Shown piece by piece: positions 53,455-63,104 of a stretch of 64,000 bases of DNA. The stretch spans positions 57,364-121,363 of the forward strand of contig CAVXVB010000002.1 in assembly GCA_963765205.1 (NCBI GenBank), read 5' to 3'. The position numbers and the translations under genes are program-made. The notes under the pieces were generated by a model. The model saw nothing but the letters and a program-made list of their open reading frames with translations, was not told the origin of the DNA and ran no database searches. This DNA is from an uncultured Verrucomicrobiae bacterium. Lineage in GTDB: Bacteria; Verrucomicrobiota; Verrucomicrobiia; Opitutales; JABDGR01. The number at the start of each line of letters is the position of its first letter. The stretch's first letter is position 1.

Positions 53455-54777
53455 ATGCGGGTATTGCTCACTTCCCACGGTTCCACCGGCGACATCTACC
53501 CACTCATTGGCCTCGGCCGTGCGTTGCGCGAGGCCGGCCATCAAGTCCGCTACGCCACCGCGCCGCTCTACCAGCGGGAGATTGAAAAGGCCGGGCTGGA
53601 ATTCGTCTGCCTGCCGCCGGAATGGGGGCCGGAAATGTTTGCGGACTTCATGCGCGAATTGAACCGCTGCCGGCACCCGCTGCTGCAACTCGTGCATATT
53701 TATTGCGGCGCGTTGCCCGTCATGGGCGAGATCATCCGGCGCATGAACGACGCACTGCGCGATTGCGACCTGCTCGTCAGCTCCTATTTTTTTCCGCACT
53801 ACCGCGTGCTGGCCGACCGCGTGGGCGTGCCTTATGTTTGCTTCGCGTTCTGCCACAACCTGGTGCCGACGGCGGAGCACCCGCCGGAAAAGTTTCCGCA
53901 ACTGCGCTGGCTGCCGGGTTTTGCCCGGCGGCGGTATTGCCGGGCCTCGTGGCGGCTGTCGAATTACATTGTGGACTGTTCCATCAACACGATCTGCCGC
54001 TCGCTCTTCCGCGAGATGGGCTTGCCGCCGATGCGCGGCTTCATCCTCGAACCGGCGGAGTTGGAACTCATTGGCGTCGGCCGCGCCGTAGGTGAGCACT
54101 GGCAGCCGGACGGCCGCTTCCAGTTCACCGGCTACTTGCGTTGGCAATCCCCGGAAAACGAAAAGCTGGAGGAGGAGTTGCGCGAGTTTTGCGCGGGCGC
54201 GGAAGTGCCCATCCTCACCTTTGGCAGCGTGACCTTTGACGACGTGCACACGGTGATGAGTCGTTTTGTGCAACACTGGCCCGCGGGCAAAAAAATCATT
54301 GTGCAAAGCGGCTGGGTCGGGCTGGCCATCGGGGTGGCGCGGCCGGAAATCAAAGTCATCGGCCCAGTGTCGCACGACCAATTGTTCCGCCACGCCTCCT
54401 GCGTCATCCACCACGGCGGCGCGGGCACGTCGGCCTCGGTGCTCTATGCCGGCAAGCCGCAGATCATCATCCCGCACATTGCGGACCAATGGTTCTGGGG
54501 CGCGGAATTCAAGCGCCTGCGCGTCGGCCAGATGCTGAATAAAAAGACCTGGCCCGAGAAGCTGCCCGCCAAGGTGGCCAAAATCGAGGCCAAGAAAAAA
54601 ATGCGCCGCCGGTGCGCCGACCTCGCCGCGCGCCTGCGCGCCGAGGACGGCCCCGGCACTGCGGTCAAATTGCTGGAGGACTATGTGGCAAAACGGCAGG
54701 CCGCCCACGCGCCGACCTCGGCTGCATCCGCTGGTTGCGCAACCACAGCTCCCACCCCGCTTTCCACGCTGGCCTGA
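53455..54777 (+). CDS. GT1-family (MGT/UGT-like) glycosyltransferase
   Basis: MRVLLTSHGSTGDIYPLIGLGRALREAGHQV...HHGGAGTSASVLYAGKPQIIIPHIADQWFWG. Confidence 0.8.
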   Translation: MRVLLTSHGSTGDIYPLIGLGRALREAGHQVRYATAPLYQREIEKAGLEFVCLPPEWGPEMFADFMRELNRCRHPLLQLVHIYCGALPVMGEIIRRMNDALRDCDLLVSSYFFPHYRVLADRVGVPYVCFAFCHNLVPTAEHPPEKFPQLRWLPGFARRRYCRASWRLSNYIVDCSINTICRSLFREMGLPPMRGFILEPAELELIGVGRAVGEHWQPDGRFQFTGYLRWQSPENEKLEEELREFCAGAEVPILTFGSVTFDDVHTVMSRFVQHWPAGKKIIVQSGWVGLAIGVARPEIKVIGPVSHDQLFRHASCVIHHGGAGTSASVLYAGKPQIIIPHIADQWFWGAEFKRLRVGQMLNKKTWPEKLPAKVAKIEAKKKMRRRCADLAARLRAEDGPGTAVKLLEDYVAKRQAAHAPTSAASAGCATTAPTPLSTLA

Positions 54778-54788
54778 TACTCCAAAAA

Positions 54789-54864
54789 TGGAGCGAGCGA
54801 AGGGATTCGAACCCTCGACAACGACCTTGGCAAGGTCGTGCTCTACCATCTGAGCTACGCTCGC
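54789..54864 (-). tRNA. tRNA-Gly (anticodon GCC), CCA encoded
   Basis: GCGAGCG...acceptor, anticodon stem CGACC/GGTCG, loop TTGCCAA, T-arm GAGGG-TTCGAAT-CCCTT. Confidence 0.9.
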
Positions 54865-54932
54865 GTATTCCTGTCCGGCCGGGGGGCCGGACGGGCCGCC
54901 GGTAAGGGCGGCAAGGGGTTCATGGTGCGCGT

Positions 54933-55916
54933 TTATCCGGGGTTGTCAAGCTCAAGCCGGGCGCGGTTGCGCTCCGTGTCGGGTACCGGCACAAAATGCT
55001 CGGCCTGCAAGCGGGCGGCGTATTCATCGCTCAACAGCAACTGCAGCAATTGGAGCACGCGCGCCTGGTCGGCCGGTTTGTAAACAAGGTAGAACGGCAG
55101 GCGCAGGGGATAAGCGCCGCTGGCGACATTTTCCGAAGTCGGGCTGGCCGCGCCTTTGGCCCCGCTGGCGGTGAGGGCGCCGGCAGTCGTGACTGGCGCC
55201 TTCGCAGAGGATATGAGCAGCACTTTGACCTTGCTGAGCGGGCCAGGATCATAGCCGCCCAAGCCGATGGCGTTGGGGTTTTCCGCCACGGTTTTGACCA
55301 TTTCCTGCGCGGTCTTCATGACCTGCACGGTGCCTTTAAGCGCGTTGCCGCCGAGAATCTCGTTCTTAAACATCTCGAGCACCAACCCATCGTCCGTGCT
55401 CGTCGCACAGGGAGCCACGGGCTTTGCCGCCCAATCGGCACTGGCCTGCAACTCCCCCCAGGTCGTGCCGCCCTGCGCGTTCTCGCCGAAGACGCCGGCC
55501 ACCTGGCGCAAATCCAGCGCGTTGAGCGGATTGGCCGGGTTGACAATGATGTAATCCACCGCAAAACAAAAAGGGATGATTTTGCACCCCTTGGGTGCAG
55601 CCGCCTGGCCGACGGGTGCGGTTAAAATTGCCAGTTGAATTTTCCCGTCCTTGAGGTCGCTCAGTGCCGGCACCGACCCGTGCAAATCCACGTTGATGTT
55701 CAGATGGGCTTGCTTCACGTAACGGGCGAGCGGTTCACCCACCGCGGTTTGCAGCAGGTCAGACCCACCGACACGCACAAAGTCGGGCGTGGTTGCCGCC
55801 GGCTGGGCCGCGGCAGCAGGCGCAGCTTCCGCCGGGGCGGCGGGCGCCGGCTCCGCGGCCCGGGTTACGGCCCACCCGCCCAGCAGCGAGAAATAAAAAT
55901 ATTTGCGCAGATTCAC
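54933..55916 (-). CDS. PstS-like (PBP_like_2) periplasmic substrate-binding protein
   Basis: Signal peptide and Ala/Pro linker. VRVGGSDLL...HGSVPALSDLKDGKIQLAIL pattern. GTG start. Confidence 0.6.
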   Translation of the reverse strand: MNLRKYFYFSLLGGWAVTRAAEPAPAAPAEAAPAAAAQPAATTPDFVRVGGSDLLQTAVGEPLARYVKQAHLNINVDLHGSVPALSDLKDGKIQLAILTAPVGQAAAPKGCKIIPFCFAVDYIIVNPANPLNALDLRQVAGVFGENAQGGTTWGELQASADWAAKPVAPCATSTDDGLVLEMFKNEILGGNALKGTVQVMKTAQEMVKTVAENPNAIGLGGYDPGPLSKVKVLLISSAKAPVTTAGALTASGAKGAASPTSENVASGAYPLRLPFYLVYKPADQARVLQLLQLLLSDEYAARLQAEHFVPVPDTERNRARLELDNPG

Positions 55917-56113
55917 GAAAATCGGAAAATCTAAAAGAGGCCGTTCGCCGGGGCAATTCTATTCGATGACTGCGGGGCTCCGATTTAGGCAAAGACGGCA
56001 CGCAGGGTGGGGGCAATGGTTTGACAGCCCTGGTCGCATCCTTTACCCCTATAACTTTCCGTCATTTCCCAATCTTTGGCGGTTAATTCGCCATTCTTAA
56101 TTCCCCAGTCTCC

Positions 56114-57019
56114 ATGCCCGGCCAGCCCATCACCGCCAAATTCCGCGCCGGCCGCCCGCTTGTCTCGGTCGAGTTTTATCCGCCCAAAACCGCCGAAGGC
56201 GCGCGCCAGATTCTCGACACCGCCGCGGCGCTCGCCCCCTACCGTCCGGATTTTGTCTCCATCACCTATGGCGCCGGTGGCTCGACCCGCGAACGCACGC
56301 TCGAATATGGTCTCATCCTGCGCGACCGCTTCGGCTTTGAGGTCATGCCGCACCTGACCTGCGTCGGCCACTCGCGCGCCGAACTGCATGCCGTCCTCAC
56401 CCGCCTGCGCGACGCGGGCTTTCGCAACCTCATGGTGCTGCGCGGCGACCCGCCCAAAGGCGCGACGGAATTCCAGCCCCACCCCGACGGCCTGCGCTAC
56501 GCCAGCGAATTGGTGGCCTTTATCCGCGAGCATTATCCCGATTTCTGCCTCGGCGTCGGTGGCTACCCCGAGACGCACCCCGAAGCGCCCTCGCCCGAAG
56601 CTGACTTGCACAACCTGAAAACCAAAGTGGACGCGGGGGCGGACTTTATCACTACGCAGCTCTTTTTCGACAACGCGGCGTTTTTCAAGTTTAACGAGCG
56701 CTGCCGCGCGGCCGGCATCACCGTGCCGATCATCCCCGGCCTGCTGCCCGCGCTCTCGCACGCGCAAGTGCAGAAGTTTACCACCTTTTGTAAAGCCAGC
56801 TATCCCCCTGCCCTCGCCGCCGGGCTCCAGCCCCTCGTCGGCCAGGATGCCGCAGCCGAAGCCGCCGGCGTCGCATGGGCGGACGCGCAAATCCGCGGCC
56901 TGCTGGACGCGCGGGTTCCTGGGTTACACCTATACATTCTCAACCGCGCATCCTCGGCGCTGGCGTTGTTCGCACGGTTGCAGAGCGAAGGCTTGCTGCC
57001 CAATCAAACAGCGCCCTGA
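56114..57019 (+). CDS. metF: Methylenetetrahydrofolate reductase
   Basis: VSVEFYPPKTAEG...FVSITYGAGGSTRERT...GADFITTQLFFD. Confidence 0.9.
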   Translation: MPGQPITAKFRAGRPLVSVEFYPPKTAEGARQILDTAAALAPYRPDFVSITYGAGGSTRERTLEYGLILRDRFGFEVMPHLTCVGHSRAELHAVLTRLRDAGFRNLMVLRGDPPKGATEFQPHPDGLRYASELVAFIREHYPDFCLGVGGYPETHPEAPSPEADLHNLKTKVDAGADFITTQLFFDNAAFFKFNERCRAAGITVPIIPGLLPALSHAQVQKFTTFCKASYPPALAAGLQPLVGQDAAAEAAGVAWADAQIRGLLDARVPGLHLYILNRASSALALFARLQSEGLLPNQTAP

Positions 57020-57069
57020 GGGAAATCCGGTTTGGTCTGGTTGAATACCTGATCACCGAAGTTCGCCGG

Positions 57070-57312
57070 CTACCGGCGATCCCGCCCGCCGCCACCGATT
57101 TCAATGGGCACCACCACTTCCGGCCCGACCACCACCGGTTCGGGCGCCACATACACCGCCGGAGGCCCCACCACTACCGCCGCCGGCTCCACATACGCCT
57201 CTCCCCCGACGGGCTGCATGACACAACCGGCCAGCGCGAACGCCACCAGTAGAGACGCGATGCCAAACACGGCCTGGATATTGATAACCTGAAAAATATT
57301 TTTGATTTTCAT
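57070..57312 (-). CDS. Small lipoprotein
   Basis: Signal plus lipobox (LVAFALAGC). Val/Pro-rich mature part. Confidence 0.5.
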   Translation of the reverse strand: MKIKNIFQVINIQAVFGIASLLVAFALAGCVMQPVGGEAYVEPAAVVVGPPAVYVAPEPVVVGPEVVVPIEIGGGGRDRR

Positions 57313-57452
57313 AAACCGAGGATACGCGCAAAGGGTGCCGGGTGCTATGGGGCCTAACCCTACTTGATACGCCCACCCAACGCATCAAATGCAGCCAGTG
57401 CTGTCCGGCTGAAGGAGGTCAGTTTGCCCTGAAACAGAGGCAAAAATTATCA

Positions 57453-57481
57453 TTGACGCCATAATTTTTTAATGTTATATA
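57453..57481 (+). promoter_or_regulatory. Sigma70-like promoter (TTGACG-17-TATATA)
   Basis: ttgacg (57453-58), a 17-nt AT-rich spacer, then tatata (57476-81). About 100 nt upstream of the ATG at 57581. Confidence 0.4.
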
Positions 57482-57580
57482 GTTTCATTAATAGTTTAAT
57501 AAACAGACTATGCCCTATTAACTTGCCTCTCTGGCCACCACCCGGCAGCCCCCTCCACCCCCCCCTCCCCCCTTCGCGCC

Positions 57581-57955
57581 ATGCCCCCCACCTCTGAAGA
57601 ATTCCAGCAACATTTCACTTTTATGCTGCCACCCGGCCAGCAATGGTTTACGCTCAAGGAAGTCGCGTCTATCGTCGGCCGGACCGACCAGTTTGTGCGC
57701 GATGCCTTTGTAAACCAGAAAATCCTCGGCCATCAGAACAACGCCCACGCCCGCAAAGGGTGCGAGCGCCGGCAAACCTATCAGATTCACCGGGAAGGCG
57801 TCCTGCTCTTCCTGCTGGAAACCGCAAACTACCGGCCCAAAGATTTTTTCGATCACATCCGGGAAATATTGCACAACCGGTCGCCGCAGGAGCTCGGCCA
57901 CCTGCAACGCTGGCTGGCCTCCCGCCCCGAACCCCAGAAGACGCGCTCAGGCTGA
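57581..57955 (+). CDS. HTH (excisionase-family-like) DNA-binding protein
   Basis: WFTLKEVASIVGRTDQFVRDAFVNQKILG resembles the MerR/Xis-type HTH. Confidence 0.5.
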   Translation: MPPTSEEFQQHFTFMLPPGQQWFTLKEVASIVGRTDQFVRDAFVNQKILGHQNNAHARKGCERRQTYQIHREGVLLFLLETANYRPKDFFDHIREILHNRSPQELGHLQRWLASRPEPQKTRSG

Positions 57956-58013
57956 ATTTTTTTGTCGGCAAACGCCCCGGCTTGGGCGATTTTAGGGCTA
58001 GGCGAACAACCCC

Positions 58014-59729
58014 ATGGCGAAACCGTCCCCCAAGCCTAGCCCGAAAGCACCTGCGGTAATGACCGCGGGACCAGTCCCCTACCTGTGGCTGCTCTGGTCG
58101 GTCGTGCTGGTAGTGGCCTTGGACCAGGTGGGCGCTGACGCCACCGTGCCGGCGCACCAGCAATTTTCTCTGCTTAACCTTGGCTTGGCGGCCGCCCTGG
58201 CCGTGATGTGGCAACTGGGCTGGAAGGCGGCCCCGGCGGTGCTGGTGGCCGGGCTGGCCAGCGGCGCGCTCCGGCATTTGGGCTGGGTGGGGACACCCCT
58301 TTACGCCCTAGGACTGGTGGGCGGGGCTGGCGCCGGCCGGACACTGTTGGCGCTGACGGGGTTTGATGCCCGCCTGCGCAGCGCGGCGGATGTCTTGACC
58401 TTGGCGGTGCTGGCCGGGCCGATCGCCTCGGTCCTCATGGCCGTGGCCGCGGCGTTCTTGCCGGAAGCCGGCTCGACGGGACACGGCAGCTTTACGCTGG
58501 CCTTTCTGGCCCAATGGCTGGCGGGCTGGACAGGTGTGCTGATGATGACGCCGTTTATCCTTTCTCTGAGAGAAGAATATTTCCGCCGCTGGCCGCCGGC
58601 GCGCGTGCGTGAATGGCTGCTGGTGAATTTACTGCTCACCGGCAGCGTGCTGGTCTTGATGCAGAATCTAACCGCCGGCGACGTAGCCTTGTATCCCTTG
58701 GCCTATCTCGCCCTGCCCTGCGTCTTTTGGACGGCGTGGCGGTTTGGGACGGCGGGCGCGGCGCTGGCAAATTTGCTCGTGGGCATTGTCACGTCATTGT
58801 GTGCGAAGGAGGGGTTGGGCCCCTTTGCCGGCACAGAGGGCATCCTTGTGCTATTGCCCGCCTGGGTCTTCTTGCTCTTTCACGGGCTGATCGCGCTGTT
58901 GCTGGCCGCCTTCACCGACGAACGACGGATGGAACTGCTGCTCCAGCGCCAGCGCGCGCGCTTCCTGCGGCAATTGCTCGATGAGCTGCCGCTGGGCGTC
59001 TTACTCAAGGACATCACGGACAAACCGCTACTCGTCAACCGGCGCTGGTTCCAATTGTTTGGCAAAGAAGGCGGCAACGAGGAAGACCAGTTACAACACC
59101 AACGCTCGATGGACCCCTTCTGGCGCGGGCGCGAACTGACCTTGCTACAAAATCTCGGTGAAGTCTTGCGCGAAGAAACCGAGAGCAAAGACCACCAAGG
59201 CCGCGCGCTCGAACTGCTGCTGACCAAGCAGGCGGCCTATTTTGAGGAGCGCGGTGAACGGCTGCTCATGGTCGTGGCCGACGACATTTCGAGCGGCCGC
59301 GCCAGCCTGCGCGAGACGCGCACCACCCTCGAAAAGATCCGCGCGACGCTGGCCGTGGCCGAAGTTGGTTTGTGGGATTGGCACATCCCCTCAGGCATCA
59401 TCCGCTTCGACGCTGAGTTCAGCAAACTCACCGGCATCCCGGAACACCCCGAAGGCCTGCCCGTGCCCGTTTGGCAGAGCGATATCCACCCGGACGACCG
59501 CCACGCGTTCCAGCATGACATGCTCCAGCACCTCCACCACCAGGCACAGCTCTTTGCGACGCGCTTTCGCTTCAAACACGCCGGCGGATGGCTCTGGCTG
59601 GTGGTGCGCGGGCGCGTCGTCGAGCAAGACTCGCGCAACCTCGGCGTCCGCATGATCGGCACCATCCAGCACCTGCGCGCCACCGTCCAGGCCCTCCCCG
59701 ACCCCAATGCGCCGACGGAGAAGAGTTGA
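58014..59729 (+). CDS. Membrane sensor: MASE1-like polytopic N-terminus + PAS domains, no recognisable output domain
   Basis: About 300 aa of TM helices, then PAS-like segments (GLWDWHIPSGIIRFDAEFSKLTG...IHPDDRHAF...FRFKHAGGWLWLVVRGRVV). Confidence 0.6.
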   Translation: MAKPSPKPSPKAPAVMTAGPVPYLWLLWSVVLVVALDQVGADATVPAHQQFSLLNLGLAAALAVMWQLGWKAAPAVLVAGLASGALRHLGWVGTPLYALGLVGGAGAGRTLLALTGFDARLRSAADVLTLAVLAGPIASVLMAVAAAFLPEAGSTGHGSFTLAFLAQWLAGWTGVLMMTPFILSLREEYFRRWPPARVREWLLVNLLLTGSVLVLMQNLTAGDVALYPLAYLALPCVFWTAWRFGTAGAALANLLVGIVTSLCAKEGLGPFAGTEGILVLLPAWVFLLFHGLIALLLAAFTDERRMELLLQRQRARFLRQLLDELPLGVLLKDITDKPLLVNRRWFQLFGKEGGNEEDQLQHQRSMDPFWRGRELTLLQNLGEVLREETESKDHQGRALELLLTKQAAYFEERGERLLMVVADDISSGRASLRETRTTLEKIRATLAVAEVGLWDWHIPSGIIRFDAEFSKLTGIPEHPEGLPVPVWQSDIHPDDRHAFQHDMLQHLHHQAQLFATRFRFKHAGGWLWLVVRGRVVEQDSRNLGVRMIGTIQHLRATVQALPDPNAPTEKS

Positions 59730-60043
59730 TTCCAACTACCTTCTGCCTTCTACCTCCTATGGATTCAAGTAATCAACCGACGAATTTGATGCAACCCTTT
59801 GTAAGATACCCCGACGAGCGACGAAGTTTGTTGGCTGGGCCGCGAGCAGAGCGGTAAGCTCGCGCGGCCCAGCCAACAGGAACGCAGCGGGACTGCATCC
59901 CGCCGCGTTCCCCGGCGTGCCGCACACCGTTCAGCCTTGGAGGCTTGACCTCGTCCTGAAGCGTGGTGGCGGCCTGCCGTTGGCTTTGGGCAGTTCGAAC
60001 AGTTGCCTGAGCGTCCCGCAGTCGCGGGAACAGCTCGCTTAAC

Positions 60044-60300
60044 TTGGAGGAATCTAGCTTGAACTCCGCGATTGTCTATTATGGAATGGATGTGAAGGCC
60101 ACGTTGGAACTAGCAGGCCCGGCCGGTGGCCAGACCTTTCCGAACACGCCGCGCGGCCACGGGCGGTTGTTCGGATGATTAAAACCCGCCAAACCCTCTT
60201 AAACGCCCCTGCAGCGCGGGTTAAGACCGCGTTTTTCGCCCACCTTGAACCTTGCGAATTTTACGATTTTTCCCAAACCTTCGGTTTTTGTTCCCAAGCC
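60044..60300 (+). pseudogene. IS110-family transposase N-terminal remnant
   Basis: IVYYGMDVKATLELAG...TFPNTPRGHGRLFG-TGA, then (shifted) KTAFFAHLEPC. Compare IS110 GIDLAK..., AFFANLPPC as recalled. Confidence 0.45.
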
Positions 60301-60424
60301 CAACGGCGTTTTACAGCACTTCCGATGCTATGGTTGGCGCGTGGGTTCATTTCCGGTCCAGCCCGTCGTAGGTGTAGGCTTCGCTCTGCCCACCCAATCT
60401 CTACTATACTAATTATGGTATTTA

Positions 60425-61306
60425 GAGCTTATCCGTAAATAAAAGTTGTTCGTCTGCAAACAATAAGCGCGCTGGCGAGACAGAGCAAGGCTTCGTGGGA
60501 GGCGGCGGTTTTCTCAAACCGCACGAGGAGTTTGCGGTAGCGGTTGAGCCAGGAAGCGGTGCGTTCCACCACCCAGCGACGGGCTTGGCCGGTGGATCGG
60601 CGCGGGGCTGGTTTGGCTCCGCGGGCAGGCACATGCGGACGGTAGCCGTATTGGCGCATGGTGCGCAGGCCCGGTTTCCCCCAGTAACCCTTGTCGGCAC
60701 ACAAATGGGCCGTGCGCCGGTCGTGGCGCTGGCGCAACGTGCGGCGCACCAGCGTCACGTCGTGTTCATTGGCCCCGGCGACGATGAGCGACAGCGGGAC
60801 GCCACGGGCGTCCACCAGCACGCTGCGCTTGCTCCCATTTTTTTCCCCGGTCGGTGGGGTTGGCTCCCACCGCTTCGCGCGCCAGAGGGGCCTTGACCAG
60901 GGAGCCATCGATGCTTTGCCACCGCCACGCGATGCCCTCCAATTCATCGTAGTCGGCCAGACCGGCCCGCCACAACGCCTCGAAGAATCCGGCGGCGTGC
61001 CACTGCTGAAAGTATTTGTGCACGGAACTGGCGCTGCCATACCGGGCCTTGGACAGCGCTTTCCACTGGCAACCCGTGCGCAGCACGTAAACCACCGCCT
61101 CGAAGATGCGTCGAGGCGCGAGGGCCTTGCGGCCCGCGCCTGCGGCGCGACGGTAGCGCCCGCCCGCCTTCCGGCCGGCGCGCGCGGGAACCAAAGGCTC
61201 GACTTTGGCCCAGAATTCATCAGAGATTTCCCAGGAGGATAGTCGCGGCATCCCCGCAGTTTATCCCGCCGCCTTCTCAACGCAATCCTTATTTACGGAT
61301 AAGCTC
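60425..61306 (-). mobile_element. IS5-family IS, copy 2 (inverted relative to copy 1)
   Basis: Same 882-bp length and termini, flanked by TA. All ORF translations are identical to copy 1. Confidence 0.9.
60429..61251 (-). CDS. IS5-family transposase (frameshift site T7 at 60838-60844 on the plus strand)
   Basis: The protein strings in the ORF track are identical to copy 1. Confidence 0.85.
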
Positions 61307-61530
61307 TAAGACAAATGCAGCATGCGGAGTTCTGGATTCTGAATCCTGCATTCTGAAATCTAAATTCCGAAATTTGAAATCTGAAATACATGCCCATCTC
61401 CTCGGCCAATCCTCAATTACTTCAGTGCCGCCTTTCCAGTGCCTTAGTCGCTTCAGTCGCCTTTGCCCCCTCTGCTCCTTCATTCCTTGCTCCTCACTCC
61501 ACCACTCCTTGACTCCCACCCACTTCGCCC

Positions 61531-62907
61531 CTAGAAACCCCAGCGGAAGGGTGGCAGAGTGGACGATTGCGGCGGCCTTGAAATCCGCTGAGGCGCAAGC
61601 CTCCGGGGGTTCGAATCCCTCCCCTTCCGCTTTTCTGGATTTTGACTGACTTGGACAACCGTGGACAACGCTGGACTAACCGACTCAGTTTCAACGGTTT
61701 CCAGCGTCGAAATTACTTCTTGGGATTTATTCTCACGATGGCCGTTGGACAGACTTTGACCGTTTTGCCCACTTTTAGGTGGGTAAAACGCTGGGTCATT
61801 GCTTACCTGGGGGTTTTTTACCCACACATTTTTTGGCCCCTTTAGATCAAGGTTCACCACTTGTTCCAGCGCGCCCCTCAAATCGAGCTTGGTTACGTCG
61901 GTATAAACCTCGTTCGTGAGGTGAAGGCTTTTGTGCCGGGCGAGTTGTTGCAGGATGCGAGGCGGGATTCCGGCGCGCTGGCCGCGTGTGATAAACGTGC
62001 GCCTAAAAGTGTGAAAACCAATGGGGCGGCCAAGCTCATCTTCCAACGGGATGCCCGCTTTCGCCAAATCTTCCTTGAGGCTGGTATGCATGGCGACGCC
62101 GCGACGGAAGACGCGCATCTCCGGTTTCCAGTAGGGCGGGCGGAAGGCTTCCAGTTCGCGCGCCAAATCCACACACAAGGGAATGACATCCCAGCGGCGG
62201 CCCTTGGTTGCCTCGGGGCGCAGGGTTAAGGTTGGTTGCTCGCCAAACCGCACGTCACTCCATTGCAGTTTGCGGGCTTCCATATGCCGCAGACCGGTCG
62301 AAACGAGCAGTTGGTAGAGCAGACGCCATTTCTTGGAGACGGTCAGGAGCGCGCTCAACTCTTCGTCACTAAACGCGCGTGGGCCTTCCCGGTATTTTGC
62401 GCTGACGGTGAGCTTTTTGATCCGCCGCCTGATCAGGTTGGGTGCCCCGTAAATTTCCTCCACCCAATTGAGGAAGGCCGTAAGCGCGGTCAGATAGTGG
62501 TTCAGCGTGCGCGTGGCAAAGCCTTCCTGACGGTTGCGCCAGTCTTGGAAAGCTTTGGGCGTGATGTCGCGCAGGGTGTTCCACCGGCACGACCGGGCCA
62601 AGATAGGCAGGCGGTTTTTGATCTGCCGAACATAATCCGGCGCCCGGCCCCGGTGGTGGAGTTCCGCCACAAATTCTTCGATGAGTTCTTGCAGCGGGCG
62701 GCTCTGGGCCTGTCGGGCGGTCTTGGCCGGGATTTTGCCCGCCCGTTCCATCTCCGCATCCTGGGCAATCTGCTTGAGCTTGTCCCAGGCCAATTCCTTG
62801 TTGGCCGTGCCCAGGCCGACCTCGTGCCGGGCGGGATCGTCACCGATACGAAACCGGCCACGGTAGGTATTGTAACGCTTATTCGGTTTGAGTAGATACA
62901 TCATCAT
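61531..62907 (-). CDS. int: Tyrosine recombinase / integrase, ORF runs through tRNA-Ser
   Basis: GLRHMEARKLQW, HTFRRTFIT and ARHKSLHLTNEVYTDV (R...HxxR...H...Y). The last ~30 codons are antisense to the tRNA (KGRDSNPRRL). Confidence 0.85.
   Translation of the reverse strand: MMMYLLKPNKRYNTYRGRFRIGDDPARHEVGLGTANKELAWDKLKQIAQDAEMERAGKIPAKTARQAQSRPLQELIEEFVAELHHRGRAPDYVRQIKNRLPILARSCRWNTLRDITPKAFQDWRNRQEGFATRTLNHYLTALTAFLNWVEEIYGAPNLIRRRIKKLTVSAKYREGPRAFSDEELSALLTVSKKWRLLYQLLVSTGLRHMEARKLQWSDVRFGEQPTLTLRPEATKGRRWDVIPLCVDLARELEAFRPPYWKPEMRVFRRGVAMHTSLKEDLAKAGIPLEDELGRPIGFHTFRRTFITRGQRAGIPPRILQQLARHKSLHLTNEVYTDVTKLDLRGALEQVVNLDLKGPKNVWVKNPQVSNDPAFYPPKSGQNGQSLSNGHRENKSQEVISTLETVETESVSPALSTVVQVSQNPEKRKGRDSNPRRLAPQRISRPPQSSTLPPFRWGF
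61545..61629 (+). tRNA. tRNA-Ser (anticodon UGA), type II long variable arm
   Basis: Acceptor GGAAGGG/CCCTTCC, anticodon loop CTTGAAA, long variable arm, T-arm GGGGG-TTCGAAT-CCCTC. Confidence 0.85.
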
Positions 62908-63104
62908 TGTTGCCCGCCTCCATATCGGGTGGTCTGTCGTTCGTAAAATTTCTTGATTTCCCGCTCCCAGATAAACCAGCGCCCGCCGATTTTGAAAGCA
63001 GGAAGTTTGCCCTTCCAAATGAGCCGCCGCACCGTCTTTTCACAGACGGGAAACAGCTTGAACGCCTCATCCAGGCGCAGGGGAATTTCGATGGGAGCGT
63101 TCAT
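62904..63104 (-). CDS. xis: Excisionase-family HTH protein
   Basis: ATG 63104. LRLDEAFKLFPVCEKTVRRLIWKGKLPAFKIGGRWFIWEREI. The stop overlaps the int ATG run (CAATGATGATG). Confidence 0.65.
   Translation of the reverse strand: MNAPIEIPLRLDEAFKLFPVCEKTVRRLIWKGKLPAFKIGGRWFIWEREIKKFYERQTTRYGGGQQ

Noticed and set aside
55917-56113. SAM or other riboswitch upstream of metF.
   Set aside because: No S-box, SAM-II or SAH-like conserved cores were recognisable, and the region shows no obvious multi-stem junction.
59831-59876. Strong 16-18 bp GC-rich hairpin (ttggctgggccgcgag...ctcgcgcggcccagccaa) as terminator of the sensor gene.
   Set aside because: It lies about 100 nt downstream of the stop and has no following T run. 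It may be a structural or REP-like element, but there is no support for a specific function.
48768-61308. Using target-site duplications to prove composite transposition of the IS-bounded block.
   Set aside because: All four IS boundaries are flanked by TA. Because TA is palindromic with the IS termini, it carries no information about which ends inserted together.
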